Positions 1 through 9,686 are shown, counted from the stretch's first letter. The stretch is DNA of 56,914 bases from Chthonomonadales bacterium (GCA_037443035.1 JBBIPC010000003.1:1937-58850); one strand, 5' to 3'. The notes: generated by a model not told the origin, from the sequence alone. Translations and numbers: made by a program.

Positions 1-481
1 GCGTTACGGGAGCCACGATGTCTCCGTAGATGGCGTCACCGTTCCCCTGGCCATTGCCGCCGTGGGCGCCGCCCGCGCCGCCAATGCCACCGCCAGGGCC
101 GCCTTCCGCTCCATAGCCCCTGCCGCTGACGTAGATCGAGCACCAGCCGTCGACTCGGACATCTCCGGTAAGGCTAAGCCAGAGTCCGTTGTCGGCGCCC
201 GGAGGGTGCGTGACATGGCCATTGTTCCGAACCCATAGGCTACGGTAGTCACCTCGACCACCGCTGCAGTCTATGGTCAGGGTACAACCGGTGACGATCA
301 GGTCCTCGCCGGTGTACTGGGAGCTCGTGATCGTCGTGTCCGTCGTGAACTCGACAGCTCTTACGCCGGCTGGGATGAAGAGAAGAAGGGAAACGAGGAG
401 AGATACATAGAGGCCAGGCGCGACATAGCGTCCTGGGAGCCACGGGCCCCGCACCTGCGCCTCTTGAGTCGAGTGCGACAT
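1..481 (-). CDS. Secreted glycine-rich surface protein, N-terminal part (runs off the window)
   Basis: Not in the ORF track. Open frame from ATG 481 (AGGAGGA 5 nt upstream): MSHSTQEAQVRGPWLPGRYVAPGLYVSLLVSLLLFIPAGVRA|VEFTTDTTIT...GRGYGAEGGPGGGIGGAGGAHGGNGQGNGDAIYGDIVAPVT. Hydrophobic signal peptide ending in VRA, then Gly-rich motifs. Confidence 0.85.
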   Translation of the reverse strand, partial: MSHSTQEAQVRGPWLPGRYVAPGLYVSLLVSLLLFIPAGVRAVEFTTDTTITSSQYTGEDLIVTGCTLTIDCSGGRGDYRSLWVRNNGHVTHPPGADNGLWLSLTGDVRVDGWCSIYVSGRGYGAEGGPGGGIGGAGGAHGGNGQGNGDAIYGDIVAPVT

Positions 482-572
482 TGCTGTCCTCCTGCAGCGT
501 TTTGTCGGCTCTCAGCGCAGGTCGAGTTCGGCCCGTGTAGTCGAGCCGGCCATTTCTGTGCCTTCATTACAC

Positions 573-601
573 AGTATAGGGTGGGATTCTCTTATTGTCA
601 A
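573..601 (-). promoter_or_regulatory. Sigma70-type promoter for the <1..481 gene
   Basis: Minus strand TTGACA (601-596), 17-nt spacer, TATACT (578-573). Confidence 0.8.
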
Positions 602-608
602 GGGCAAT

Positions 609-628
609 AGCCAGGAATGTTCCCGGCT
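609..628 (-). terminator. Putative terminator hairpin after the 657..3896 gene
   Basis: AGCCGGGAA-CA-TTCCTGGCT stem on the minus strand, about 30 nt past the stop codon. Weak U-tract. Confidence 0.4.
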
Positions 629-656
629 TTCTGGTAAACAGGGTCGCGGCAATCTC

Positions 657-3600
657 CTATCGGAGCTTCGTCGGCGTGTAGTCGGTTCGCAGCACGTCGA
701 AGACCACGGCACCTCGGTGGCGAGTGCCTCCAAAGCACCCTTTCGTGAGCTTCGTGGTGCACTCGGTTTCCCGATAGACGTGCAAGGAGCTGACCGATAA
801 GGATGAGCCGCTCGCTTCCATACGGATGGTAACACCTGTCATGGGAAGCTGGTTTCGCAGGCTGTAGCGGACAGGTCTTGGCCCAGTGCCGATCTGCACC
901 TCGTGGCTCAGTCCGGGCAACGGGCGCCCGTCGCGCAACACTGTGAACCGCAACGAGTCCCTTGTACCGCGGCCAGTCGTCCGAGCAGCGAAGAGGATTT
1001 CGATCTGCTCTCCCGAGTCAAGATCGTCAAACGGCCCCAGGACGATGCCCTTACCTGGTGTCAGGATCGCCTGAGGCACGGTTCGGACCATTGTAACGCC
1101 CACATGAGCGTGGAATGGGACCGCATACACGGTTCCTTCCCACGAACCGTCTTCGGTAAGGCTCTTCAGCAATCCCGTATGATCGGGCCCGGTACCGATG
1201 CAGGCGACGTCATACCGCCGCCCTCGCAATACTACCGGCCGTATCTGACCGACGCCTCCTGTTAGGCCCGGACGAGGGCGATCCTCCCCAACAAGGCGCT
1301 CCAAAGCGCGATGCATGGAGTCGTTGTAGCCCCGGTCGAACTCCGCCGGCCAGAGCATGCAGTGGGCGGACACACAGCCATTCTCGAAAAGAAAATGGAG
1401 CTGCTCGTAGGCCGTCCTACTATCTGGTGTCAAGGCTTGATACTCCCCGATGGAGATGGCATCGAAGCCCGAAGTATGTGCATCTTGTAGAGCATCGTGG
1501 GGTTGGTTGTACCAGACACCGTATCTCGTGAAGCCGAAACCCGTGCCTGCGTTGAGCATCCAATCTATGGGCGTGAACCGCGCCGTGATCTCGCTGAATG
1601 CCTGGAGCTTGCCCACAGCATACGTGTCGGGGATCTGATGGCACTTGATGATCTCGGGCGGAAATCCCGCCAAGAGCGCTTCCCGAAAGGTCTCAGCCAC
1701 GCGGCGACTCACGACGTACCGGTTATAATCCGTCCAGCTGCGATAGAACCGGTTTTCCGGTTTGTATGCGTCCCACGTACCCCGGCCCCAATTCCGCGGT
1801 GCGTCGAAGTACTCACCAAAGGACGTACCCATGACCGCGTTCAGGTCCGATGACGTCACGCCGTACATGCGGCGAAGATAGTCATGGAAGCCCCGAACCA
1901 TCTGCAGATTGTAATCGCCCATGGAGCCATCCGCTTCCACGGCTATCTCGTGTTCGTGATTGGGCTCGACGCCGGCGCAGTGTTCTGGATTTCGGCGAAA
2001 TGGTACAACAAGCTCACGTAGAAAGGCTCGAAGCGGCAAGATGTAAATGTTATCCAGTGCCGGCAAACCGAATGCATACGTTGAGGCATAGAAATCAATG
2101 TTACCGAATTCCCCGTACTCCACTGGCCGGCCGTTCCTCGTCAGCATCGGGTAGACGGGCAGCCCTGTCGTCGCGTCCTTGGCCTTCAGCCATTCCTCGA
2201 ACACGCCCTTCGGTTGACGGTGCGTGAAGCATGGCTCCCACAGCTTCGGCCGGTCGGTGAGATACCCCGCGAAACCTCCTCTGCTTCCGTAACGTTCCAC
2301 TATGGCCTTCGGCGACCAGTTTTCCGATCTGGCTGCCAGAGACGGACTGCGCACGGCCGGCGTGGCATGATCGGTGCGTAGATGAGCGTAATCGCTGCGT
2401 CGTATGTACTTCCCCTCGCCGAGGGGCCGATACCACTGATACCAGAACAGGTTTTCGTAACGGCCAGCGTCCGCCGTGCGGCTCTGCTTATCCTCGAGTA
2501 TGCGAACCGGCGATCGCTCGCTGTGTGATCCGACGACGTAGTAGCGCCCGGCAAGAGCCGATGGATACACTCCGTCGGCTGCGACCACGCCATCAGGCGG
2601 CTCCACCTGCATCTCACGCACGATGCTAGGGCCGGTCGAGGAGAAACGGTAGAGCGAGGCATGGTCGCTACCAGAGGCGTAGACGACCAGCCCATCGCCG
2701 CGTTCGCTCGGCGCTCGTGCAACCGTGACCGGAGCGGCAAGTGCCTTTCCTAGGCGAAACGAGAGAAGGACCTTCCCGCTCATGTGGTAGAGCACCCCAT
2801 GGCCGCCACCTATCACAGCAATCTCATCTCCGGGACGATCCGTCAGGTAGTCGCCAGCTTCCACAGAGTAGGGCGGTTGGACGATTGCCGGAGGCCGTAT
2901 CTCTCCACACGGTATGCCGTTCAGGTCGAAGAGGAGTACCGAGCGGGCCTTTCGATCCGCAAGAGGAGCTGCGACGATGCGTGCGCTTCCCGATGCTGTT
3001 CTGCCGACACTGACCCTGACACCGCCTCGAATCTCGGGGGGAAAGGCGAGAAACTGCACGTCCGCGATGCCATGCTGACCGAGGACACGCACCAAAGTGT
3101 GGTTCATCGGATCAGGCCCTTCACCGGCAACGATGACCGGCGCCAGTGGTACCTTCGGCGGGCCCGCCCTGCGCGACCACTCGGCGAGTTGGTGCGGCAG
3201 GTCCAGGTACGGATCCATCACCGCCGTGACGGCCGTACCTTGCGCCGTCGTGACATGGCGGAATGTGCGCGAGGCGATGGGTTGGGCAACGAGGCGGTCC
3301 AGACGAAGCAAGGGCGATCTTGGACCTTCCCGTGGCTTCCATGGCCTGCCCACGATCTCGATCACCGGATCTCCCCAGAGCGCCCAGTCCGCCACACTGT
3401 CGTCCCGAGCTCCCACCTCGAAGGCGAACCTGACCGTCTGACCTGCGCGTTGGCTCAAGTCGGCGGTCCATTCCAACCAGCGTTGTTCGTTCCAAGCTTG
3501 TCGCAGAATCTCTCTCCCGTCGAGCCGAACAATGAACTCGCAGCCGTCCGCAGATGGTGCATCGCTGCGGGAGATTCGGTCGGACAGGCCCAGGAATAGG

Positions 3601-3896
3601 CGCAGTCGCAGCTTCTCGCCGGGCTGGAGCGTCGGCAACGGCACCTTGTCGAAGACGAGTTGGGCGGGTGGAGCGCCGGCTTCCAGCGGGGGATGCTGGA
3701 AGATACAAGACCGAGTCACGCCGCCGCAACTATCTTGGCGGACGGTCGTCGAAGGCGACCCCTGGACGCGAGCTTCCGAGAAGCTCTCCACGAAATCGAA
3801 GGCAATAGCCCAGCGCTGCGCCACAGGGCTCTCTTGCCCCCGGACCATCGCCAACATCGCCAGGACCAGAACACCAACGATTGCAGAACGTGCCAT
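657..3896 (-). CDS. Large secreted multidomain putative glycoside hydrolase (NPCBM-like module, FG-GAP-like region, clan GH-A-like barrel)
   Basis: Start moved to ATG 3896 (GGAGG RBS; signal peptide MARSAIVGVLVLAMLAMVRG). DGCEFIVRLDG...DWALWGDP jelly-roll motif, FLAFPPEIRGGVRVSVG, and PNHEHE/DYN/FHDYLRRMYG/IGEYQ resembling GH42-like enzymes. Confidence 0.6.
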   Translation of the reverse strand: MARSAIVGVLVLAMLAMVRGQESPVAQRWAIAFDFVESFSEARVQGSPSTTVRQDSCGGVTRSCIFQHPPLEAGAPPAQLVFDKVPLPTLQPGEKLRLRLFLGLSDRISRSDAPSADGCEFIVRLDGREILRQAWNEQRWLEWTADLSQRAGQTVRFAFEVGARDDSVADWALWGDPVIEIVGRPWKPREGPRSPLLRLDRLVAQPIASRTFRHVTTAQGTAVTAVMDPYLDLPHQLAEWSRRAGPPKVPLAPVIVAGEGPDPMNHTLVRVLGQHGIADVQFLAFPPEIRGGVRVSVGRTASGSARIVAAPLADRKARSVLLFDLNGIPCGEIRPPAIVQPPYSVEAGDYLTDRPGDEIAVIGGGHGVLYHMSGKVLLSFRLGKALAAPVTVARAPSERGDGLVVYASGSDHASLYRFSSTGPSIVREMQVEPPDGVVAADGVYPSALAGRYYVVGSHSERSPVRILEDKQSRTADAGRYENLFWYQWYRPLGEGKYIRRSDYAHLRTDHATPAVRSPSLAARSENWSPKAIVERYGSRGGFAGYLTDRPKLWEPCFTHRQPKGVFEEWLKAKDATTGLPVYPMLTRNGRPVEYGEFGNIDFYASTYAFGLPALDNIYILPLRAFLRELVVPFRRNPEHCAGVEPNHEHEIAVEADGSMGDYNLQMVRGFHDYLRRMYGVTSSDLNAVMGTSFGEYFDAPRNWGRGTWDAYKPENRFYRSWTDYNRYVVSRRVAETFREALLAGFPPEIIKCHQIPDTYAVGKLQAFSEITARFTPIDWMLNAGTGFGFTRYGVWYNQPHDALQDAHTSGFDAISIGEYQALTPDSRTAYEQLHFLFENGCVSAHCMLWPAEFDRGYNDSMHRALERLVGEDRPRPGLTGGVGQIRPVVLRGRRYDVACIGTGPDHTGLLKSLTEDGSWEGTVYAVPFHAHVGVTMVRTVPQAILTPGKGIVLGPFDDLDSGEQIEILFAARTTGRGTRDSLRFTVLRDGRPLPGLSHEVQIGTGPRPVRYSLRNQLPMTGVTIRMEASGSSLSVSSLHVYRETECTTKLTKGCFGGTRHRGAVVFDVLRTDYTPTKLR

Positions 3897-3999
3897 CTCG
3901 ATCCTCCGGAGTGATCTCGCCCGTGTTGAGCAATTCTTTCGCCAGTACGCCCGTGATGCCGCCGCGATGGGGGCGTACCCCATGCGCGAGACGCAATCT

Positions 4000-5274
4000 C
4001 TACTTCGGAATAGGTATCGTATCCGAGAACGGACGCTGGCCGCGGAGCATACGAATGCCTTCTCTGGTGAGCCGGAGATACCAGTCACTGGGCATGCCCT
4101 CGAGGGTGTCGAAATGGGCTTCCATGGGAGGAGTATCGGAAACCTTGAAAATGGCGGTGCCCTCGTCTACCTCGTCGAACATGGCCAGGTACACGGTGTC
4201 CACCTTCATCCGAGCCAGTTTCACGAACTGCTCCCAGTAGAACTCTCCACGCCGCCGCTCGATCGTGCTGGAACCAGGTTTCTGACGGGTCAGGTTATCC
4301 CAGCCGAATCCCGGATACACCGTTGGGATCCAGCGTACGCCGGCTTTGCGGAGTGCTTCACGGTCCCCTTCCCAGGTGTGTGTCGAGGCATGCTTGCGCT
4401 GCCGCTCATCGAGGGAGTAGTTGCCGATATTCCATGGCGAGTAGGCATCCAGCCGGCGGAGAAACCGCTGCCATTCGGGGTCGGGATTGACCCGCCAGTT
4501 CCAGTCGCCGCCGCCCACGAGAAATGCACGAGTCGGTCCATCGGCATGGAAGAAATCTATGAGCCGGTTGGCCAGGGACGCGTCCATCCTGTCGTGGGGG
4601 TTATCCTTGTAGAATCCCCAGACCATGACTACTGGCAAGCCGTTTTCGTGCAGGTACCGTGTGTCGCTGGGGATGCCTTGGGAAACCATGCGTTTCCAAT
4701 CGCCTGTCACGACGTCGAAAATCTGCTCGAGGGGCATGCCGGCGATGTCGTAGGTAAGCACCCAGACCCTCCGCGTCGCCGATGCCGCCCGTCGAACATT
4801 CTGGAGCACACGCATGCGCGAGGCATAGCGGTTGGAGAGCGGCCCGCCCTGCAGGTCCACGGCGAAGTGCTGGAGCCAGACGCCATCTATCTCGTGCTGC
4901 TGCATCCATCGGAAATGGGTGAGGACGGTGGAATAGTCTTCGGAGCTGAAGAGGGTGGCCTGCGAACCGTCTGGATGAGTGAAACCCGGTGCGGGGTAGC
5001 GCTTCGCATACTCCCGCATGTGGGGCCACATTTCGAACGTGAGTGTATCAGGAGCGAGGCGGCGGCTATCCTTGCTCCAGTGCACCCATCCCATGGCCGA
5101 TCGGTCGCCGGGGCACCGGAACCAGCCCTGGTAGCCAGCCATGATCTTGCCGTTCAGCGTGCGTGGATCGGGAGCCTTGGGCTCCGGACCTGCCGTCGTC
5201 AGCGAAACCACTCCCAAGAGTAGCGCCACCGACGCTAGGTGCCAGATAGTGCGCCTGGCCACTCGGTAGCACAT
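4000..5274 (-). CDS. Glycoside hydrolase family 99/71-like protein, secreted
   Basis: Signal peptide; GYQGWF, YPGFGWDNL and AMFDEVDEGTAIFK motifs. Confidence 0.85.
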   Translation of the reverse strand: MCYRVARRTIWHLASVALLLGVVSLTTAGPEPKAPDPRTLNGKIMAGYQGWFRCPGDRSAMGWVHWSKDSRRLAPDTLTFEMWPHMREYAKRYPAPGFTHPDGSQATLFSSEDYSTVLTHFRWMQQHEIDGVWLQHFAVDLQGGPLSNRYASRMRVLQNVRRAASATRRVWVLTYDIAGMPLEQIFDVVTGDWKRMVSQGIPSDTRYLHENGLPVVMVWGFYKDNPHDRMDASLANRLIDFFHADGPTRAFLVGGGDWNWRVNPDPEWQRFLRRLDAYSPWNIGNYSLDERQRKHASTHTWEGDREALRKAGVRWIPTVYPGFGWDNLTRQKPGSSTIERRRGEFYWEQFVKLARMKVDTVYLAMFDEVDEGTAIFKVSDTPPMEAHFDTLEGMPSDWYLRLTREGIRMLRGQRPFSDTIPIPK

Positions 5275-5285
5275 GGCATTCCCTC

Positions 5286-6167
5286 CTACCCAGCGGTGCC
5301 GGTGCCGGTTCCTTCGATGTAGTTGTACTCCGAGCCGAACAGGCTATGCGGCACGAAGTAGATGGCCAGCGTGACGATTCCCGCGAGCAGAATGGCGCGG
5401 CGCGACCGTCGGCTGCCTCGGTTGGACCAGATCGCCCAGCACCAGAACAGGAGACCGATGAGCACCTTGTTGTCCGTCCAGTCGTAACCGAATGGAAACC
5501 CTGACCATGCCACTCCGAATGCGTACCACTGGACCAGAGGCCCCAGAACGAACCCACCTAGGACAAGCGTGAGGACCGTTGTCCAAAGGAAACCTCTCGC
5601 GGGATGACGGAAGATGGACTCCAGGGTCAGGCGAACCGCGAACAGCATGGAAAGAAAAATGACGATAATATGGAGAGCCAACGCCCATCCAGGAACCGGT
5701 GCCTTGTACCTTGCATAGACCGGTTTGTCACGCGTAACCGACCGCACCGGTCCTAGGCCATCAGCCACCTCCACAAAGTACTCGTATTTCCCTGCGCGTT
5801 CTCTCAGCGAAGGCAGGCGGGCGCCGAGACCATCGATGGTCTGCGTGCGTCCACGACGGGAGAACTGGAACGTGCCAGCCTCCATGCGGACTATGGACCA
5901 GGGATCGCGGGAGCGGTACCGCCTGTACCGGACTTGAGCCCGTAAGCCAGCGGGAACGGGATTCCTGAACACGATCACCAGGTCTCGCCCGATCGTCTCG
6001 CTTCGAGGAAAGAGGAAATGCACCGAACCGCCGGCGGCAGAAAACGTGCCTTCCAGAGGATACGTCGGGCCGGTGCGTTCTTGAAAAACCACCGCTGCCA
6101 ACGTTACAGCCAACGCTCCAAACCAGAGGACCCACGCTCCCGGCCCACTTCGACGGCTGGCTTCCAT
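5286..6167 (-). CDS. Conserved hypothetical membrane protein
   Basis: N-terminal TM helix, soluble domain, then about 4 C-terminal TM helices. TGPTYP, GPLVQWYAFG, DWTDNK and PHSLFGSE motifs. Tightly packed between its neighbours. Confidence 0.75.
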   Translation of the reverse strand: MEASRRSGPGAWVLWFGALAVTLAAVVFQERTGPTYPLEGTFSAAGGSVHFLFPRSETIGRDLVIVFRNPVPAGLRAQVRYRRYRSRDPWSIVRMEAGTFQFSRRGRTQTIDGLGARLPSLRERAGKYEYFVEVADGLGPVRSVTRDKPVYARYKAPVPGWALALHIIVIFLSMLFAVRLTLESIFRHPARGFLWTTVLTLVLGGFVLGPLVQWYAFGVAWSGFPFGYDWTDNKVLIGLLFWCWAIWSNRGSRRSRRAILLAGIVTLAIYFVPHSLFGSEYNYIEGTGTGTAG

Positions 6168-6171
6168 AGCC

Positions 6172-7272
6172 TCAGTACATCCTTTGCTCGCGATAGACTT
6201 CCAATGAGTACAGAAAGTCGTCGTAATCTATGTTTGTCGACAGCGAATGATCCGACGCATATACGAATCGAGCACCTCGAGCTTTCATTCCCTTGATGAA
6301 ATCGGTCACTCCCTTGCGAATGATATCCCGATCTCCGCTTTCGAGTATTCGCGCGTCGAGACCACCCACGAACGCCAGCCGATCTCCCCAGCGCTCTGCG
6401 AACTTGAAAACGTCGTTGCCCGCTTTCACCTCCATGGGGTTCAGTCCATCGAAACCGGCCTCGACCACCAGAGGCACGGCCGGCTCCTGGTAACCACAGG
6501 AATGCAGGACTACCGGCAGGTCGTACGAGTGGAAGAACTCGACCATTTCTGCGTAGTACGGAAAGATCAGTTCGGCCAGGACCTTTGGGCTGCAGAAGAG
6601 CCGTCCCCGATAGCCGAGATCCTCGTAGAGCCAGATGCCGTCCGGCTTTCCGGCCTCCTCGATCATGATCTTGTACGCAGCTTTGTACAGGTCCGTGTAG
6701 ACGCGACAATAGTCGTGAATCCAGGCAGGATCCTCCACCAGCGCCGTGTACATGGTGAAATCGCCCAGGCTGCCACGCATGTTCTCCCAGATAAACTGGT
6801 TGCCGTAAATGCACCATCGGCCCTTGGCACGCCAGTATTCCAGGTTCCGCGTCATGGCCGAGAGGTCTCCTATCCGCTCGCGGTCAAACTCGCCCACGAG
6901 GAGCGGCCGGTATTTCTCCTCCCAGACTTTGCGGCTTGTCATATCGAATGCGATGTGCTCGGGTGTGCCGGAATGGGTTTTCCACCATTTCAGGATTCCG
7001 CCCGCCCCATTGCGCACAATGCGCCACTCGTCTGTCTCCTCCAACGTCTCGCTGTATCCCCGCATAGGCTGCCAATCGAACCATCCTCCGCAGCCCGCCA
7101 TGTCGAAACCGAAGTGTTCGATGATATCTACTGGAGAGCCGTCCTCGTTGGTAGGCATGCCCTGCGCGACCCATTTCGTGAGCGTATCGCCCCACGGCGC
7201 ATCATTGCACGGTATGTGGTCTGCCGGTTTCTTACGCATGATTGCGTCGAAAGCTTCGCGTCCGGATTGCAT
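6172..7272 (-). CDS. Uroporphyrinogen decarboxylase / MtaA-CmuA family protein
   Basis: Start at ATG 7272 (GAGGAAGG RBS). YEDLGY, LHSCG, NPME, GGLD and SDHS motifs of the URO-D/CIMS-like barrel. Confidence 0.85.
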   Translation of the reverse strand: MQSGREAFDAIMRKKPADHIPCNDAPWGDTLTKWVAQGMPTNEDGSPVDIIEHFGFDMAGCGGWFDWQPMRGYSETLEETDEWRIVRNGAGGILKWWKTHSGTPEHIAFDMTSRKVWEEKYRPLLVGEFDRERIGDLSAMTRNLEYWRAKGRWCIYGNQFIWENMRGSLGDFTMYTALVEDPAWIHDYCRVYTDLYKAAYKIMIEEAGKPDGIWLYEDLGYRGRLFCSPKVLAELIFPYYAEMVEFFHSYDLPVVLHSCGYQEPAVPLVVEAGFDGLNPMEVKAGNDVFKFAERWGDRLAFVGGLDARILESGDRDIIRKGVTDFIKGMKARGARFVYASDHSLSTNIDYDDFLYSLEVYREQRMY

Positions 7273-7414
7273 AGTGCTTCCTTCCTCAGACTGTGGCACG
7301 GGTGGCCGTGGCATCGCCTGCCGTTGCCGTTCTAGAGTGTATGCTACCTGCTATCGCCCGCGCCGGTGACGCTTTTCGCCGCTGGGTCCCGCGCGTTGAA
7401 TCGCCTGGAACATG

Positions 7415-8008
7415 TCATGCGAACGACCGCTCCAGGCGAAGAGCGGCTTGTAGCAGGACGTCATAGTACGAGGCCGGTATCTCCACAACGCCTAGGCTCC
7501 GTAAGTGATCCGTCTGATACTGGACATCCATCAGCACGTAGCCACGCTCGTTCAAACGGCGCACCAGGGCGGCCAGGGCAACTTTGGAGGCATCGGTTTC
7601 TCGATGGAACATGCTCTCCGCCATGAAAGCGCCACCGAGCGCTACTCCGTACACGCCTCCCGCCAAGCGCCCTTGTCGCCAAGCTTCCACGCTGTGCGCC
7701 TTTCCCTGACGGTGGAGCTCTCCGTAGACACGCACGAAATCTTCCGTGATCCACGTACCCTCTGGTCGGTCTGCGCATGCACGCATGACACCTTCGAAAT
7801 CAGTATCAATGCGAATCTCGAAAACATTGCGTCTGATTTTCTTGGCGAGAGACCGCGAGACATGGAACCCTTCAAGAGGCAGTATCGCTCGTGGATCTGG
7901 TCTGTGCCAGGTAATTCGCGAGCTCTCCGATGAACCCATGGGAAAGATGCCGTGCCGATAGGCGAGCTCGACGTGCTCTGGCGATAGCGTCAGCCTGATC
8001 CGTGCCAC
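7415..8008 (-). CDS. aat: Leucyl/phenylalanyl-tRNA--protein transferase
   Basis: AYRHGIFPM, PDPRAIL, TWIT, AHSVEAW, GGVYGV, ESMFH and DASKVAL motifs. Confidence 0.95.
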   Translation of the reverse strand: MARIRLTLSPEHVELAYRHGIFPMGSSESSRITWHRPDPRAILPLEGFHVSRSLAKKIRRNVFEIRIDTDFEGVMRACADRPEGTWITEDFVRVYGELHRQGKAHSVEAWRQGRLAGGVYGVALGGAFMAESMFHRETDASKVALAALVRRLNERGYVLMDVQYQTDHLRSLGVVEIPASYYDVLLQAALRLERSFA

Positions 8009-8041
8009 CGAGAGCTCCCGACACCTAGGGGCTGTTTCCGT

Positions 8042-9106
8042 TCACAGGACAAACCGAACGCACACAGGCAGGGGCACCTCCGCTCGACGTTCCGTCGGCA
8101 TGGGCATGCCGGTACGTTCATTGACCCGAAATACAACGACGGTGTTCGAATCTTGATTGGCCGCTACCACGAACGCGCCCGACGGATCGCATGCGAAGTT
8201 CCGCGGCGTCTTGCCCAGCGTGGGCTGATGGCCAATGTACCTCAACGCACCGGAGGCGGCGTTGACGGCGAAGACGGCCAGGCTGTCGTGTCCTCGATTG
8301 GAGCCATAGACCCATTTGCCGCTGGGATGGACCACCACCTCGGCTGTAGTGGACTGCCCCGAGAAGCCCTTGGGAAGCGTCTCCACCACTCCTACGGAAC
8401 GCAGCGTGCCTGCGGCGGGATCCCACCGGTAGGCCGCGATGGTGGAGTCCAGCTCGTTGATGACGTAGACGAAGCGGCCGTTGGGATGAAACGCCAGATG
8501 CCGCGGCCCGGCGCCCGGACGTGCCGCAATGGCTGCCGGAGTGTGAGGTACCAGAACGCCGCGGGCGTCATCGAACTGGTAGATGAGCACTTGATCGGTT
8601 CCCAGATCGCAAGCGAGTGCGAACCTGCCCGAAGGGTCGAAGTTCACCGAGTGGGCGTGGGGACCTTCTTGACGGGCCTTGTTGACGCTGGAGCCATGAT
8701 GCTGAATCACGCAGGAGGCGGAGCCGAGACTGCCATCGTCTCGCACTGGCAAGACAGCCACTGTACCGGATCCGTAGTTCGCCACCATGACGTGTCTGCC
8801 CGACCGAGAGAGGCTGATATGGCATGGGTAGGATCCGTTGGATGACTGGACATTCAACAGCGTGAGTCTGCCCGACGACGGATCGCGGACGAAGGCGCTG
8901 ACCGAGCCTGTCGTCGCGCCTCCATAATCGCCCGTCTCGTTCACAGCGTACACATGCCTCCCATCCTTCGACAGAGCGAGGAAGGACGGGCTGACGCACT
9001 CTGCCGCGAGACCCCGGTAGCCGAGCGCTCCTGTACCCGGCTCCATGTCCAGAAGATGGATGCCGCCACTGCCCCGTGTGTAGGTGCCAACGTAGATCAT
9101 GCTCAT
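8042..9106 (-). CDS. pgl: 6-phosphogluconolactonase (7-bladed lactonase family)
   Basis: YVGTYT, PSFLAL, ANYGSG, RQEGPHAH, DLGTD, GAGPRH, SNRGHDS, PRNF and ANQDS motifs. Confidence 0.9.
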   Translation of the reverse strand: MSMIYVGTYTRGSGGIHLLDMEPGTGALGYRGLAAECVSPSFLALSKDGRHVYAVNETGDYGGATTGSVSAFVRDPSSGRLTLLNVQSSNGSYPCHISLSRSGRHVMVANYGSGTVAVLPVRDDGSLGSASCVIQHHGSSVNKARQEGPHAHSVNFDPSGRFALACDLGTDQVLIYQFDDARGVLVPHTPAAIAARPGAGPRHLAFHPNGRFVYVINELDSTIAAYRWDPAAGTLRSVGVVETLPKGFSGQSTTAEVVVHPSGKWVYGSNRGHDSLAVFAVNAASGALRYIGHQPTLGKTPRNFACDPSGAFVVAANQDSNTVVVFRVNERTGMPMPTERRAEVPLPVCVRFVL

Positions 9107-9188
9107 GCTCTACAATCCTCCATGACAGCATTATAGGGTATCCGTGGCCCAAGAGCGAAGCAGGAACACTACGGAGCTAGAAGCGACT

Positions 9189-9686
9189 ATGGAACAAGAT
9201 GCAAAGGCCGACCGGTATGTGGAGGTCCTCGCGAGGATCGAACAACTCATCGAGGGCGAAACGGACGCCGTGGCAATTCTGTCCACCGTAGCGTGCGAGC
9301 TGCATCATGCCTTCGACTACTTTCACTGGACGGGTTTCTATCGCGTGGCTGCTCCCGGCATCCTCAAAGTGGGACCATACCAGGGTACGCACGGATGCCT
9401 CACCATCCCATTTGACCGGGGCATATGCGGAGCAGCGGCTACCCAGCGCAAGACGCAACTCGTGCGCGACGTCACGCAGGCACCCCATCACATCGCCTGC
9501 TCCTCGACGACCCGTTCGGAGATCGTCGTCCCCCTACTGGCCAAGGACGGCCAGGTGCTCGCGGTCCTGGATGTGGATTCGGATGTGCTGGCAGCCTTCG
9601 ACAGCGATGATCAGTACTGGTTGGAACGGATTGCAGGCTTGGTGGCTGCGCGGCTGCAGGATTCCGTGACATGGAGCGCCAAGTAG
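9189..9686 (+). CDS. msrC: GAF-domain free methionine-(R)-sulfoxide reductase
   Basis: WTGFY, GPYQGTHGC, GICG, HIAC, SEIVVP and LDVDS; all three Cys are present. Alternative GTG start at 9144. Confidence 0.85.
   Translation: MEQDAKADRYVEVLARIEQLIEGETDAVAILSTVACELHHAFDYFHWTGFYRVAAPGILKVGPYQGTHGCLTIPFDRGICGAAATQRKTQLVRDVTQAPHHIACSSTTRSEIVVPLLAKDGQVLAVLDVDSDVLAAFDSDDQYWLERIAGLVAARLQDSVTWSAK

Noticed and set aside
4..261. 85-aa ORF listed at the left edge
   Set aside because: Wrong frame. The overlapping frame from ATG 481 has the RBS, signal peptide and promoter.
3532..5223. 563-aa plus-strand ORF and other long antisense ORFs (e.g. 6247..7335, 11262..12431, 33501..34826, 44436..45725)
   Set aside because: They lie opposite well-supported genes, have no recognisable motifs, and are expected shadow frames in high-GC coding DNA.
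6172..7272. Calling the URO-D-family genes hemE
   Set aside because: No N-terminal WxMRQAGR HemE signature and no tetrapyrrole context; the same applies to 45437..46579.
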